Of a stretch of 64,000 nucleotides of DNA, positions 49,659 through 61,306 are shown one piece after another. Source of the DNA: a virus (taxonomy: Duplodnaviria > Caudoviricetes); IMG/VR virus record IMGVR_UViG_3300035498_000371, positions 174,844-238,843 of that record; one strand, written 5' to 3'. The translations under genes were made by a program, and so were the position numbers. The first letter of the stretch is position 1; each line of letters begins with the position of its first letter. The notes under the pieces were generated by a model. The model did no database searches. It saw nothing but the letters and a program-made list of their open reading frames with translations, and was not told the DNA's origin.

Positions 49659-52600
49659 TTATGCTACGCTCTGAGCTTTGAATTTAATACCATAATCTTC
49701 TTGGATTCTGGTAAAATATCCATTAGTCATCCATACAACATATTTCTCAGTTATTCCATACTCACTTGTAAACTCAGTCTCTCCTAAGCAAGTCATATTC
49801 ATTATATTAAGAGTTTCTAAGTTATTATTAGAATCTACATCTCCTGAAGTGTAAATAGGAGTTGATTGATTTAAAGTATGCTGTAAGAAATCTTTATCTT
49901 TCAAATCTTGTAATTCGAAAGAAATATTCTTATGAGCACTGTCGGTATAAGCATAATACTTCGGTATAGCATAGATGAAGTAATTATGATTACCCATAGG
50001 ATATTTAATATCTACATCAGGAGTATCCTGTAGGTACTTATCAATGTGAGCTATAACGTTGTTAAGTTCTCTATCAGACATAATCATGCTGTTACCATTT
50101 ACGTCTAATACATTAAACTTACTATAAATTCTTTCTCCATTTTCGAGCAATGCAAACAGATCAAGATCATCTATATCTACAACGTCTCCAATTGGGAATA
50201 TCTGTTTGGTTGTAGGTTCGTTGCTAGCAATTCCTATATCATGAATAACTTTGTCAGAAACTGTACCATCTTCATTAAGCACAATGGCCATAAATCCTGA
50301 ATAGGAATCTATAGAGTCCGTTGATGGATTATAAACCATTCCATCTGATAAGCTCAAACCTTTAAGATGCTTAGCTGTCTCTTCGGGATCTTCATCAGAA
50401 CTCATAAGTTCATCATAGTCTGTAGGAGATATAGCAGATAACCATGATAAGTATTCTAACGGTATTTGATCAAGATCTACCATTAAGAAATCTCCATAAA
50501 GAGATTTGAATGCTTTTGTAACTTCGTCTAATGTCTTAGAATCATATTGCCTTTCAATTATTCCGCTAGATGTAGTTTCAGCATCTGCAAGTATAGCAAT
50601 AAGATATTTAGTAAATACAGCATCTGTTATATCTGTATTGGCGAGGATATAATCATCAAAGTAGATAATTCTATCACTCTTATCAGCAGCATCCAAGTAT
50701 TGATAATTGCCACCAACGTAATTAATGAGATCAATGACTTTATCAGTCTCATTTCCTTCAGAATCTAATATATTAGCATAGATGCTATCTGATAAGAACT
50801 GTAAATTCTCATCATTAGATTCTTCTGCGCTGTCTTCAACTGTATTATCAGTGCTAATAGATGCTTCATAAGCATCAGTATCTGCAATAGCCATAATTTC
50901 ACTATCATCATTAAGATATATAATTGATTCTTGCTCGCTCTCTGGACTAATAAGATCTTTTAATAATTCTCCATTATCGTTCATGGTTAGTGCCACTAAG
51001 CCATTAAGATCTTCTCCATCAAGAACGATGGAACCAGTAGAACTAAGCTTAATTCCAGTATAAGCATTAAATATAACTCCAGTTTCATTACCGTCATCAT
51101 CAATAATGCTAGCATAAACAATATCATCCGCTATATCATCGGTATCGACATCAGATGGAATGCCATTTAATTGATATTTCTCTCCAGCATCTGTTTCTAC
51201 TTCAACGTCAGAATTATCAGAGTAAACAGAAGTTCCCTCTTCATCATAAGATAAGCCATTGATTGTTGAATCGGTTTCATTACCATCGCTATCTAGCAAG
51301 AACCCAATTAGCTCATCAACTAGAGTTACTCCTTCAGGAAGTAATTCTTTTGCATAATCAAGATTTTCTATAACGCTGATATCGGTATTAACGAATGTAA
51401 GAGTTCCATCTGAATCATAAGAACTGCTATCAACTGGCATTGTAAGTAAAGTATCAACGAATTGAAGATTATCCCATTCCTGATCGTTATCTAATACATA
51501 TTCGCTTACGTTATATATTACACTCTTGTCAGTATTTAGGAATGTAAGATCATCAACCATATCATTAGTTAACAATCCTTCATCATCCATCTTGATAGCA
51601 TAAACGCCGTTGTTTAAAACTTCGAATAAATCCCATGGAGATTCATCATAGACTTCAACTTTAGTAAATCTACGACTAGAACCATCTAATGGTATAGCAA
51701 ATATGCTATCAATATTATCATCCATCAAGATAACCCCTTCAGATGCAGTCAATCTATCTGGATAACCCATAACGTCGGCTTCATTTGCAGGAATAATAGC
51801 CATTAATCTTCCATCTACTAAATGAATTGGTTCCTCATTGTTATTCATCAGTAAGAAATCAGAAGATACACAATTATATTTAGCTATCAAATCATCCATT
51901 GTTTCTGCATCTGATTTGGCTTCCATTAATCCACTCATAATTGTATCATCAGTAGCCATAACAGCAGTCAAAGATGATAAGAATACTGTATTGCTTGTAG
52001 TATCTTCTTCAAGCAGCATACAATCATAAAGATCAACGATTCTATCAACTTTATCTGTTTTAGATACAGAATGCTTTGCGCCGACATAATCTAAGAAATT
52101 AATGACTTTACCGCTTTCATTACCGTCAGAATCTAATACGTTAGCGTAAATAGTACCATCTAAGAATTGTGCGTTCTCGTTATCTTCAGTTCCATCTACA
52201 CCAAATACGTTATTAATAATCTTTCCAGTATACTCACCATTATCATCCATAACCATTGCGTAAGCATTAAATCCATCATCCATATATTCAGTATTATCAG
52301 TCTTAGCGCTCCTATCATAGTTTTCAGGATCGGCGATGGCAAGCATAGTTTCGTCATTATCATCTCCAAGATAGAAGAATGTTTCTTTATCTTCAGGAGG
52401 CTCTATAAGATCTTTTAAGAATTCGCCCTTATCATTCATAGTAAGAGCAATTACTTCACTAAAATCTACCATAGGAAGATCTCCAACAGCAGAAGTCTTA
52501 GTGAATTTAGGTTCAATATTTAATATGATTCCACTATCATTTCCATCTTCGTCAATAATACTAGCATAGATTGTATCTTCTAGCATTGTATCTGCATCAA

Positions 52601-55600
52601 CATCAGATGGAATACCATCAAGAGCACCATCAAAATATTCACGTACCACAGTATCGTCAGTGTCGCTTGAAGTAAAATCATCTACTTCACGGTAAGTAAA
52701 TCCGCTAATGGTTTCCTCAGTCTCATTCCCATTAGCGTCTAATAAGAATCCTACCAATTCATCAATAAGATTTATTCCTTCAGGCACAAGTTCTTTGATA
52801 TAATCAAGATCTCCAATCTTACTCATATCTGTATTTACAAATGTGAGCTTAGATTCATTATCTGAAACTGTAGCAGCGCTTGTTTCTCCAGTAATAACCA
52901 TAAGATCATCAATGAACTGTATTGTACTCCATTCTTGATCTGGGTCTATAATATAATGAAATCCCTTTATAACATCCTTATCAGTATTCAAGAAAGTTAT
53001 ATCGCCATCAATAATGTCGTTAGTTAATACACCATCCTCATCCATCTTAATAGCGTATACTCCATCATCTAAGAACTCGAAGAAACTCCATGGAGTATTA
53101 TCATAAATAAGATCTAAATTATAAATTTTCTTTCCATTATACCTACCATCAGTTCCTAAAGTTATAGCAAATACAGTATCAATATGGTCATCCATAAGAA
53201 TAACTCCATTTTTACTAGTTAATCTATCTGGATAACCCATAACATCTTTCTCATCTGCTGGAATAATGGCTTTAATCCATTTCAAGAATTCTATAGGTTC
53301 TTCATTAGGATCTACAAGAAGAAGATTATCAAAGCTCATCCATTTATATCTCTCTTTTACAGCCTCTAATCCGTCCTCGGCGATAATATCCATCGTTCCA
53401 TCCATAAGCTCTTTCCAATCTTCAGGAATAATAGCTATTAAATCGTCAATTAAGACATAATTGCTAGTTAAATATTTTTCATTAACAAGCATAAGATTTC
53501 TAAAGATATAATAATCTTTACGAAGTTCTTCAATTATATAAGGAATTTCCATATGCCTAAGCATTTCTTCTTCTGATGGTAAAATACCATTCTTAGGAAC
53601 TAATGCTATAAGGTCTTCTAGTGATATAATAGCATTTCTACGATAATGCTTAAAAGCATCCTCATTAATCAATCCATAATAGATTGGATTGACGAATTTG
53701 ACCTGATAATGATCCTGCAATAACTTAGAGCCAGTATTTCCCGTAAAGAGGAAATCTGTATCTTCTGTTATAGGATCAGTCCATTCATATGATCTGGCAG
53801 AGGTATCAATACTATGATCGTTAATAGTCTGCTTTACAATATTAAGATTTAGTGAATCATTATACAAGCTCAAGCTGTAGTCCCATATAAAATTAATGTA
53901 ATCAAGAACAGAACCTTTCTCACAGAAATTTACAGCAGGATCAGCAGTGAAGTATAATAAATGAGTATCATTCTTACGAATATTTAATTCATAATTTGCG
54001 TCTAATGCAGGCATAATATAATTACCATTATCATCCTGATAGATAATTTCATCTAAATCATAATCATAGATAAATGGTTTAGTGTGGTAAGGGTACCCAG
54101 ATGTAACCCAGAAATCTCTTACGATTTCATTTATTACAGCTATTCTACCTACATTCTGCTTAAGCATATTTTCTTCATAATCGCTCATATGAACGTAAAT
54201 ACCGAAGATTCTATCCAACTCATCTTTTCCAAGATATGAAGCATTCTTAATCTGCTCTATAAAATCATCATACTTACATAATCTATCTGGATCATGCATA
54301 TACTCTACAACTTCAGGCATTGTGTCTGTATAGACTTTATTTATAACCAATGGCATAAGAGTTCTAGTATCCTTACTCATTCTCAGCATATTAGAGCTCA
54401 TAACTGTCATATTATCAGGATTTATTTTCTTACCATTGATAAAGAATAAATATAATCTGGTATCGAATGGTACATCAAGACTTGTTTTATCTGTCTCTAT
54501 ATAACCATCTTCTTTTAATTCGATGGTATTACCAACGTTCGTGTTCTGCATCTCCTCGGGAACATAGAAGATTTCTACTCTATCTTCAGGAGTAACAAAT
54601 TTAGTTAAATACAAATATATACCCCAAAATGGCCTGCTGTATTTTGGAGTTGTAACAAAGAAACTTTCTTCATAGATACGTCTACCATTAATAAAGAGCA
54701 CATATTGTTTTTGATTATCACAGAATCTAAATCTTTTAGCAAGTTTAATTCTGTATGCTTTCTGATCTACGTATAAGCGTTGATAAATAAACTTGCGCTT
54801 CGATACAGCAGTAAATATATCATTAGTATTATCCATTACTTCTGGATAAAGATAAGTTTCTCCATCTTCACTGAATGATACATTGAAAGCTATATCATTA
54901 TCTCTATCAATCAATTCTGGATAGAGTAATATATTTTCAGGATATTTTTCGAAGATTTTTAAATCTTCTGGTCTGATAAACTTAGAGAAAATATCTGCTT
55001 TGAGTACGTTAGCGTATACTTCATTAGGATCTTTATCCTGCATATATACCCCATCTGTAGTGATGTAACGATATTTTAATTTAGCATCATCTAACGAATT
55101 GATATTAGACTGCATTGAGCCATTCATCATCTCATTCAAATCGTTAGGAAGCAATGCAGTTATTCCTTCAAGCCTAGCCTCACCAAGTTTAGTAGCCATA
55201 ACGTATTCGGTAAGTTTGAAATTGATTTCATTGTTATCGCAATTGAGGAAATACATAATTTCAATTTCATCAGCATCTTCGAATTCATAATCATCTTCTA
55301 TAGGAATAAAGAAGAAATCATGATATGCAATCATCTTCGAATATTGCTCGATTAGCTCACCATTTAAGAATATCATACAGAAAGTTTCATGATTATAAAA
55401 TTTCTGTCTTGGAATCTTTATACCTCTTCTATTTTCAGCACCAAGAGGGATATCGAGATTTCTATTTACTTCCTCTCCAGATAATACTGTAGATTCAATA
55501 TTAGTATGATTAAGCTGATTGAACATGGACACATTATAATCCACAATGGCTTGGATAGCATTATTCATATTATCCAAGTATGGAAGTTTATCTGATAGCA

Positions 55601-57749
55601 TAAAATCTAAGCATTGCATAGCAAGAGTAATATAATCAATAATTTCAGCATCTCTGTAGTCTAATAATACAGAGCCTTCAAGATTCATAATATTACTATC
55701 GCCAATATTTTCAAAAATGATATTTTCAATATTATTACCATTAAAAGTGCCATCCTCGTCCATACTCATAGCAAAGACTTTTCTATCAATGAATATAATT
55801 CCATAATCAACAGAAGTATCTATTAATAAGAATTCTCCATCGAACTTCTCATCTTTGCTTTGATCTCCTCTATCGAAAATCTCAGCATACATTCCGCCAT
55901 TTATGAGAACAAGTGGATGCAATTCATTATCAGCATTCTCAAGGTATACATATTTCCCATCAAGATTTTTATCTTTTGGATCAAATACAAGCGTCATTGT
56001 ATTTTCATCTAAATATGCTATCTGAGTATTGTAAGGGTCTATATATTTAAATGAGGTATCTTTAACTTCATTCTCTAATACTATGGCATAAAGCTTATCA
56101 TTAGATGCAGTAATAAGCTCTATCTTATTATTCGTTTTAGGATCTATCATAATGAATGAACTCTTTATAGATAAATCTCCAAGATCGCTTTCATTATTAA
56201 TGACTTTAGCAACAAGGCTACTACCAAGAGTATCATCTACAGTAATAGATTCTCCTTCATATCTAGGACCGAAATCTAATCCAGTGATTTTCTCTCCAGT
56301 AAGATTACCGTCGTCGCCCATTAATAACGCTAAGAGTTTATACTCTTCATTGATATAAATAATTCCCTGATAATAATCAGTATAGAATCTATCAACGAAA
56401 GCTACGTCAAGCCTATCGATAATTCTATCGCTATCAGAACCATCTTCATTCATCAATATAGCTTTCACACCAGTCTGAGCTTTCTTGCTCAACTCAAAAT
56501 ATTCTTTGGCTTTAGCGTTAAGATAATCTTGAGATAAATTGAATGTGGGGATTTGATATACTTGCTCTGCATCCATTGGATAAAACGTGAATACATCATA
56601 AGTATTCTCATCCCTATTTATAATTCTCATAAGATTATTCAATCCAGTATAGATTTCGCAATCTACGTCTAATTCTCCATTTTTGAAAACTAAATAGTTC
56701 TCTCTTTGAAGAATATTATTGATATTCATATGATCATTGTAAATAACGCTTGTTGATGCAGTATAATGATCATAATACATATTATCAGTTAAGATATAAA
56801 ATATATTACAGCCATCTTTATCAAGATATCCATCATCATTAAATGAGAATAATTTATGGCTTTCATACTGATTAAGATCCATATAACATAATGAATCATA
56901 CAACTCCTGATCATATACATCTTTATCAAGAGCATTAAATCTTGTAGTATAAGTATCGATTCTATCTCCGTTATCATCTTCTACGTATCTTACAAGACTT
57001 ATCTTCTTAAGCTGATCTACTTTATCTTTAGCTAATAATCCTAAATAATTCAGCTTAATCTGTCTGTATAGCCAAGCACCGATATTATAAGTATCGTCAT
57101 TGTATGTAAAATCGCTATCCATTGTAGGAACACTAACAACAATCTTACCGTTTACTTTATCCATAGATGACTGCAAAAACTCTGTAAGTGCAGAGAGATT
57201 AAGATTGAATGCATCATCGGTCTGAGAACCGATATATTCAACCTTAAACGGTAATGTTACGATATTAAACTTACCAGCAGCTTTTAAGTTATACCAGTTA
57301 TATTTATCACCATGGAGAAGCAAGTATGTTTCTCCACAGTCAAAAACCACATCTATATCATTCCAGTTAACGAATTTATTATCTATGAAAAGCATAAATG
57401 GAACTATATGGTTTTGAGTAACCATTCTTTCCATTGAAGCAATGAAAGATAATTTCTCTTGCTTATCATAGAATGATCTGTATGGAATATTCTCTACTTT
57501 AAGAATACCAAATATCTCTTCAGGATTATCTACAGAATACTTGAAATGATACCATCTTTCATTGTAATGGTATTTTTCTACAGGGAAGATCTTGCATTTC
57601 TCTGAATGCAAGATCCCATCTGTGTCAAATAATTCGTCTTCATCATCCATAATATATGGTAATTTATATCGTTGATTTTCTCTTAAAGCAGATAAAGTAT
57701 GTGATTTCATAGAGTTTACAAGATCATAAATCTGTTCCCTAGTAATCAT
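49659..57749 (-). CDS. Giant acidic virion structural protein (2696 aa) with internal repeats
   Basis: Repeated (V/I)FINGK/R beta modules, a ~490-aa tandem duplication and many DxDG-type turns. Confidence 0.65.
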   Translation of the reverse strand: MITREQIYDLVNSMKSHTLSALRENQRYKLPYIMDDEDELFDTDGILHSEKCKIFPVEKYHYNERWYHFKYSVDNPEEIFGILKVENIPYRSFYDKQEKLSFIASMERMVTQNHIVPFMLFIDNKFVNWNDIDVVFDCGETYLLLHGDKYNWYNLKAAGKFNIVTLPFKVEYIGSQTDDAFNLNLSALTEFLQSSMDKVNGKIVVSVPTMDSDFTYNDDTYNIGAWLYRQIKLNYLGLLAKDKVDQLKKISLVRYVEDDNGDRIDTYTTRFNALDKDVYDQELYDSLCYMDLNQYESHKLFSFNDDGYLDKDGCNIFYILTDNMYYDHYTASTSVIYNDHMNINNILQRENYLVFKNGELDVDCEIYTGLNNLMRIINRDENTYDVFTFYPMDAEQVYQIPTFNLSQDYLNAKAKEYFELSKKAQTGVKAILMNEDGSDSDRIIDRLDVAFVDRFYTDYYQGIIYINEEYKLLALLMGDDGNLTGEKITGLDFGPRYEGESITVDDTLGSSLVAKVINNESDLGDLSIKSSFIMIDPKTNNKIELITASNDKLYAIVLENEVKDTSFKYIDPYNTQIAYLDENTMTLVFDPKDKNLDGKYVYLENADNELHPLVLINGGMYAEIFDRGDQSKDEKFDGEFLLIDTSVDYGIIFIDRKVFAMSMDEDGTFNGNNIENIIFENIGDSNIMNLEGSVLLDYRDAEIIDYITLAMQCLDFMLSDKLPYLDNMNNAIQAIVDYNVSMFNQLNHTNIESTVLSGEEVNRNLDIPLGAENRRGIKIPRQKFYNHETFCMIFLNGELIEQYSKMIAYHDFFFIPIEDDYEFEDADEIEIMYFLNCDNNEINFKLTEYVMATKLGEARLEGITALLPNDLNEMMNGSMQSNINSLDDAKLKYRYITTDGVYMQDKDPNEVYANVLKADIFSKFIRPEDLKIFEKYPENILLYPELIDRDNDIAFNVSFSEDGETYLYPEVMDNTNDIFTAVSKRKFIYQRLYVDQKAYRIKLAKRFRFCDNQKQYVLFINGRRIYEESFFVTTPKYSRPFWGIYLYLTKFVTPEDRVEIFYVPEEMQNTNVGNTIELKEDGYIETDKTSLDVPFDTRLYLFFINGKKINPDNMTVMSSNMLRMSKDTRTLMPLVINKVYTDTMPEVVEYMHDPDRLCKYDDFIEQIKNASYLGKDELDRIFGIYVHMSDYEENMLKQNVGRIAVINEIVRDFWVTSGYPYHTKPFIYDYDLDEIIYQDDNGNYIMPALDANYELNIRKNDTHLLYFTADPAVNFCEKGSVLDYINFIWDYSLSLYNDSLNLNIVKQTINDHSIDTSARSYEWTDPITEDTDFLFTGNTGSKLLQDHYQVKFVNPIYYGLINEDAFKHYRRNAIISLEDLIALVPKNGILPSEEEMLRHMEIPYIIEELRKDYYIFRNLMLVNEKYLTSNYVLIDDLIAIIPEDWKELMDGTMDIIAEDGLEAVKERYKWMSFDNLLLVDPNEEPIEFLKWIKAIIPADEKDVMGYPDRLTSKNGVILMDDHIDTVFAITLGTDGRYNGKKIYNLDLIYDNTPWSFFEFLDDGVYAIKMDEDGVLTNDIIDGDITFLNTDKDVIKGFHYIIDPDQEWSTIQFIDDLMVITGETSAATVSDNESKLTFVNTDMSKIGDLDYIKELVPEGINLIDELVGFLLDANGNETEETISGFTYREVDDFTSSDTDDTVVREYFDGALDGIPSDVDADTMLEDTIYASIIDEDGNDSGIILNIEPKFTKTSAVGDLPMVDFSEVIALTMNDKGEFLKDLIEPPEDKETFFYLGDDNDETMLAIADPENYDRSAKTDNTEYMDDGFNAYAMVMDDNGEYTGKIINNVFGVDGTEDNENAQFLDGTIYANVLDSDGNESGKVINFLDYVGAKHSVSKTDKVDRIVDLYDCMLLEEDTTSNTVFLSSLTAVMATDDTIMSGLMEAKSDAETMDDLIAKYNCVSSDFLLMNNNEEPIHLVDGRLMAIIPANEADVMGYPDRLTASEGVILMDDNIDSIFAIPLDGSSRRFTKVEVYDESPWDLFEVLNNGVYAIKMDDEGLLTNDMVDDLTFLNTDKSVIYNVSEYVLDNDQEWDNLQFVDTLLTMPVDSSSYDSDGTLTFVNTDISVIENLDYAKELLPEGVTLVDELIGFLLDSDGNETDSTINGLSYDEEGTSVYSDNSDVEVETDAGEKYQLNGIPSDVDTDDIADDIVYASIIDDDGNETGVIFNAYTGIKLSSTGSIVLDGEDLNGLVALTMNDNGELLKDLISPESEQESIIYLNDDSEIMAIADTDAYEASISTDNTVEDSAEESNDENLQFLSDSIYANILDSEGNETDKVIDLINYVGGNYQYLDAADKSDRIIYFDDYILANTDITDAVFTKYLIAILADAETTSSGIIERQYDSKTLDEVTKAFKSLYGDFLMVDLDQIPLEYLSWLSAISPTDYDELMSSDEDPEETAKHLKGLSLSDGMVYNPSTDSIDSYSGFMAIVLNEDGTVSDKVIHDIGIASNEPTTKQIFPIGDVVDIDDLDLFALLENGERIYSKFNVLDVNGNSMIMSDRELNNVIAHIDKYLQDTPDVDIKYPMGNHNYFIYAIPKYYAYTDSAHKNISFELQDLKDKDFLQHTLNQSTPIYTSGDVDSNNNLETLNIMNMTCLGETEFTSEYGITEKYVVWMTNGYFTRIQEDYGIKFKAQSVA
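50420..53310 (-). repeat. Intragenic tandem duplication, period about 1470 nt
   Basis: AATCTATCTGGATAACCCATAAC is identical at 51751 and 53221; collinear protein motifs in both units. Confidence 0.85.
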
Positions 57750-58708
57750 ACTACACTCGCTCCTATCTGAAGAATTGTCTTCGTAAATGAAACCATTGAA
57801 TTAGCGGTTACTTTCTCTATAGTAATCTGCTGATCCAAATAACCGCCAACGTATGTATTAGTAAGCATTGCTGAGAATGCTGGGAAATATTCCATTCCAA
57901 ACACTGTTCCTGTACCAAATGCACTCATCCAGTAAGAAACAAAGTTAGCAGTCTTAATATCTTTAAACCCAAGCTTTGATAATGAGTTTACAAAGAGATC
58001 GATGTTATTAAACGGTGCCCTATCTTCGATCTTCTCATAATTATTATAGAGAATATCTACAGCTGCAGCATTACGTTTATCAATTCCACTTAGCTTAATA
58101 GCGTTAGCTATAATGGAATCATAATCTTTCTCTAATGATTTACCAATGATACAAACCTGCCAGTAGATTGCAATTAAGTATTCTACTCTGAGTTTGATAT
58201 CTCTTACAGTAGATATTTTATAAAGCCTATCTACTATATAAGAAAGGGCATGGACGAATGCGTCGCCGCCATCTTTAAGAACAGATGAATTTCCTAATAA
58301 TTTATTAGGAGCAACAGCATAGATGTAAGAGACCATAGCGTTTATGATATAACTCATAAACCATTCAAGATTCTTGCATACATAAACTCCATTCTCAAAC
58401 TTGATAACTCCTGATACGTCTATGAATACCTTAATCTTATTCTTATTTTCTTTCACATCTTTGGCAGCAAATACCTTAAATGCCTTCGGTAATGGACCAT
58501 CATCGCTGATTCCTAAAACCACATTATCGGATATAATTATTTTTGTAAGTGCATCACTTATCTTACGTCTTTTTACATCATAGAGAATATCTTGAAATTC
58601 CTTACTGCTAGTATCTATCCTTGAAGCATTGAGAATAAACCCATACAGCTTCTTTTCATACTCGGGATATTGCCTATACAGATAAGTATCGACATACATT
58701 TTAGCCAT
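57746..58708 (-). CDS. Probable virion structural protein
   Basis: Coupled to the giant gene; late-type motif at 58749-58738. Confidence 0.5.
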   Translation of the reverse strand: MAKMYVDTYLYRQYPEYEKKLYGFILNASRIDTSSKEFQDILYDVKRRKISDALTKIIISDNVVLGISDDGPLPKAFKVFAAKDVKENKNKIKVFIDVSGVIKFENGVYVCKNLEWFMSYIINAMVSYIYAVAPNKLLGNSSVLKDGGDAFVHALSYIVDRLYKISTVRDIKLRVEYLIAIYWQVCIIGKSLEKDYDSIIANAIKLSGIDKRNAAAVDILYNNYEKIEDRAPFNNIDLFVNSLSKLGFKDIKTANFVSYWMSAFGTGTVFGMEYFPAFSAMLTNTYVGGYLDQQITIEKVTANSMVSFTKTILQIGASVV

Positions 58709-58825
58709 TTTACTAACCTCCTTAAACTATAATAATTTACAATAATGTTTCGGCTATGCAGAAATATCGAAGTTTATTTTTATAGCCACATTAGATTAAT
58801 ATAAAAATTATGGAGGCAAGAAATA

Positions 58826-59344
58826 ATGGAAAATAATAACGAAAGTGAAATCAATGTTAATGAATTTAATATGGCTTCACCGGTTTATAGACTAAACTTC
58901 GACAGCAAGAATACCACTGTTATTGCCGGCATGTATCTTGCAACTAATGAGAATTACAGAAGTATACTTGATAAGTTTGTCGATAAGTCTAGTATTAATC
59001 GTGATAGTACATATTTATTCTTTGCTCAGAGGCATATTGCAGAGGTATTTAGCATAGCCTATGGTGTTCTTAGTATTATTCCCAAAGCAATGGATAATTA
59101 TAATCCATTGCCGTTAAAATTTGTGAAATACTTTAGCGAAGTTCTTGAGTACAGATGCTGTATTACTGAAGAGGAATTAAATAATCATGTTAATGAATTT
59201 ATATGCGGCAATTCTGATATTATAACTCAGGATAAAGAAAAATTTATGTATATCTTAGGAAACATATGGTTTTTACCGTATGATAAAATTGATACTTTAG
59301 TGAGGCTCGGTATAGATGAGTTTAATCAAGAAAAGAAAGGGTAA
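58826..59344 (+). CDS. Hypothetical protein
   Basis: GGAGG RBS; late-type motif at 58787-58798. Confidence 0.55.
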   Translation: MENNNESEINVNEFNMASPVYRLNFDSKNTTVIAGMYLATNENYRSILDKFVDKSSINRDSTYLFFAQRHIAEVFSIAYGVLSIIPKAMDNYNPLPLKFVKYFSEVLEYRCCITEEELNNHVNEFICGNSDIITQDKEKFMYILGNIWFLPYDKIDTLVRLGIDEFNQEKKG

Positions 59345-59348
59345 TTAA

Positions 59349-60077
59349 ATGGAATCATCAAATCAGATGGTTGCTCTTATAGACACTATGGGGAACATCA
59401 TAACAGATTCTAATTGTTATGATTTTGAGGGGTGTAAAGTGCCTAGAGTAACAAGGATACTTTCAAGATGTATACATTCTGATGGTTTGATGTACTGGGC
59501 CAATTCTTTGGGTTTTAAGCATCAATCATACAGAAAGACTTTAGACGCTGCAGCTAATATAGGAACGCAGTGTCATAATGGAATAGATTCATTTTTAGAC
59601 AATGAGTCATTTGTGTTTGGGGAGAATAATACTACTGAAGCTACGATGGCGTATAGATCATTTTTAAAATGGTTCAATGATGTTAAATCTAATGCTTCTA
59701 TAGAGGTGATTTTGCATGAGCATACTCTAGTATGCAAATATTTCGGGGGAACTCTTGACGGGTTATATAGAATCAACGGGAAGATATATCTCGTAGATTA
59801 TAAGACAAGCAATCATGTAACTTTCAATTATTGCTTACAGTTGGCGGCATATAGATATATGCTAAGAACTGTAATGGGAATAGAGATTGATGGTTGTATT
59901 ATATTACAATTATCGAAATCTGATGTAAGCTATAATGAATGTGTATTGAATTTCGATAATCCATATGATATTCAATATATGAATGATTGTGAATTAGCGT
60001 TCTTTTCGCTTGTCTTTGCTTATTACAACTTGGCAAACGTCGAAGAGGGATTTAAGAAACTAAATTGGGAGGTATAA
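59349..60077 (+). CDS. PD-(D/E)XK (RecB/Cas4-like) exonuclease
   Basis: PRVTRIL, GTQCH, E, GTLDGL, LVDYKTS, QLAAY. Confidence 0.85.
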   Translation: MESSNQMVALIDTMGNIITDSNCYDFEGCKVPRVTRILSRCIHSDGLMYWANSLGFKHQSYRKTLDAAANIGTQCHNGIDSFLDNESFVFGENNTTEATMAYRSFLKWFNDVKSNASIEVILHEHTLVCKYFGGTLDGLYRINGKIYLVDYKTSNHVTFNYCLQLAAYRYMLRTVMGIEIDGCIILQLSKSDVSYNECVLNFDNPYDIQYMNDCELAFFSLVFAYYNLANVEEGFKKLNWEV

Positions 60078-60084
60078 AAACTAT

Positions 60085-60528
60085 ATGGACTCGGCAGATT
60101 TAAATAAAATTCGTGAATTATGCAGTTTGAAGAATAAAGCCCCATATAAGTTTATTCCTGCGTATTTGCGAAATAAAATTATAGACGAAAAAATCACGAA
60201 ATACATCTCTGCCCTGATGGATAGAGATATTTATTCTCTTTCAGACTTTGTATTGACATTGTTAAACTCAAACCCAAATATATGGTTTGAGCAAATACAT
60301 AACTTTGGTGAGGGGTTTATGGTAGTGCGATATGATGAGACCGGAACTATCGAATATATCTCTGGTCATAAATGCTTTATAATTAATGCAAAGAATACGA
60401 CATTTGAGATTTACGATAAAACTCTTTTATATGGAATACGTCAAACAATGTGGGTTTCAATCCAGATTAATTTGCGTTCAATATATGAATCGTGTTTAAA
60501 AACCATCTTATATAGCCTATCTACGTAA
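60085..60528 (+). CDS. Hypothetical protein
   Basis: GGAGG RBS. Confidence 0.55.
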   Translation: MDSADLNKIRELCSLKNKAPYKFIPAYLRNKIIDEKITKYISALMDRDIYSLSDFVLTLLNSNPNIWFEQIHNFGEGFMVVRYDETGTIEYISGHKCFIINAKNTTFEIYDKTLLYGIRQTMWVSIQINLRSIYESCLKTILYSLST

Positions 60529-61127
60529 TGGAGGTGAAATCAATTATGAGTAGTAAGAATAAAAGCTATTATGGTATGCCAATTGCTAAGACTTTACCGA
60601 GAAACATACCAGCAGAACCACGACCAATATACGACGAAATAAATGAATTCATGGAGCCAATCTTCATGAAAAAGAAAAAGCATGACTTCAAAGCATGGAG
60701 ACAGCTTCGTAAAGTACTCAAAAGAATGGATACAATCAGTCCAGACTTTGATACTCTTTATAAGATCTGGCAGACCGTTAATGCGTTTCATGAATGCTTT
60801 ATGCATTCATACTCAGATAACTCTAAATTGCACCTATTTCTAGGTACAGTAAAGAATTATACTGATTCATACGCCATGATTTACAAAGAAAGCGATTTTA
60901 CGATCAAATTTATACTCCAGTTCAAGAATGGTGCTAAAATCATCAATTTGGAGATTAATAGATCTCCAGATAGTCGTAACACGCAGCCTGAAACGATAAC
61001 ATTCGAAGATGGTACTTATGAATACAAAGATACTCTTGATATGGAGAAGTTTGCATTCATCATATCCTGCATTATGGATGGAACAAAAGAGCTCATGAAG
61101 TATTACTATAAGAATAAACGATTTTGA
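60528..61127 (+). CDS. Hypothetical protein
   Basis: ORF followed by a terminator hairpin near 61135-61165. Confidence 0.55.
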   Translation: MEVKSIMSSKNKSYYGMPIAKTLPRNIPAEPRPIYDEINEFMEPIFMKKKKHDFKAWRQLRKVLKRMDTISPDFDTLYKIWQTVNAFHECFMHSYSDNSKLHLFLGTVKNYTDSYAMIYKESDFTIKFILQFKNGAKIINLEINRSPDSRNTQPETITFEDGTYEYKDTLDMEKFAFIISCIMDGTKELMKYYYKNKRF

Positions 61128-61306
61128 CGAGACGGAACCCTAAGAGTTTCCTCTTAGGGTTCTAACCAATCATTTTTAGTAAGAGGTAAAAGCTATCATT
61201 TGACCAGAATGCAGCCTTTATATAATTGTTATAAGCTAAAGAGGATCAATCTAAATAGCAATAATATATTATAAAAAGGTAAAATATAAAGTTTGAAGGT
61301 GATAAA

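Noticed and set aside
59349-60077. Cas4 of a CRISPR system
   Set aside because: No array or other cas genes, and no Cas4-type four-Cys cluster pattern; better read as a stand-alone phage exonuclease
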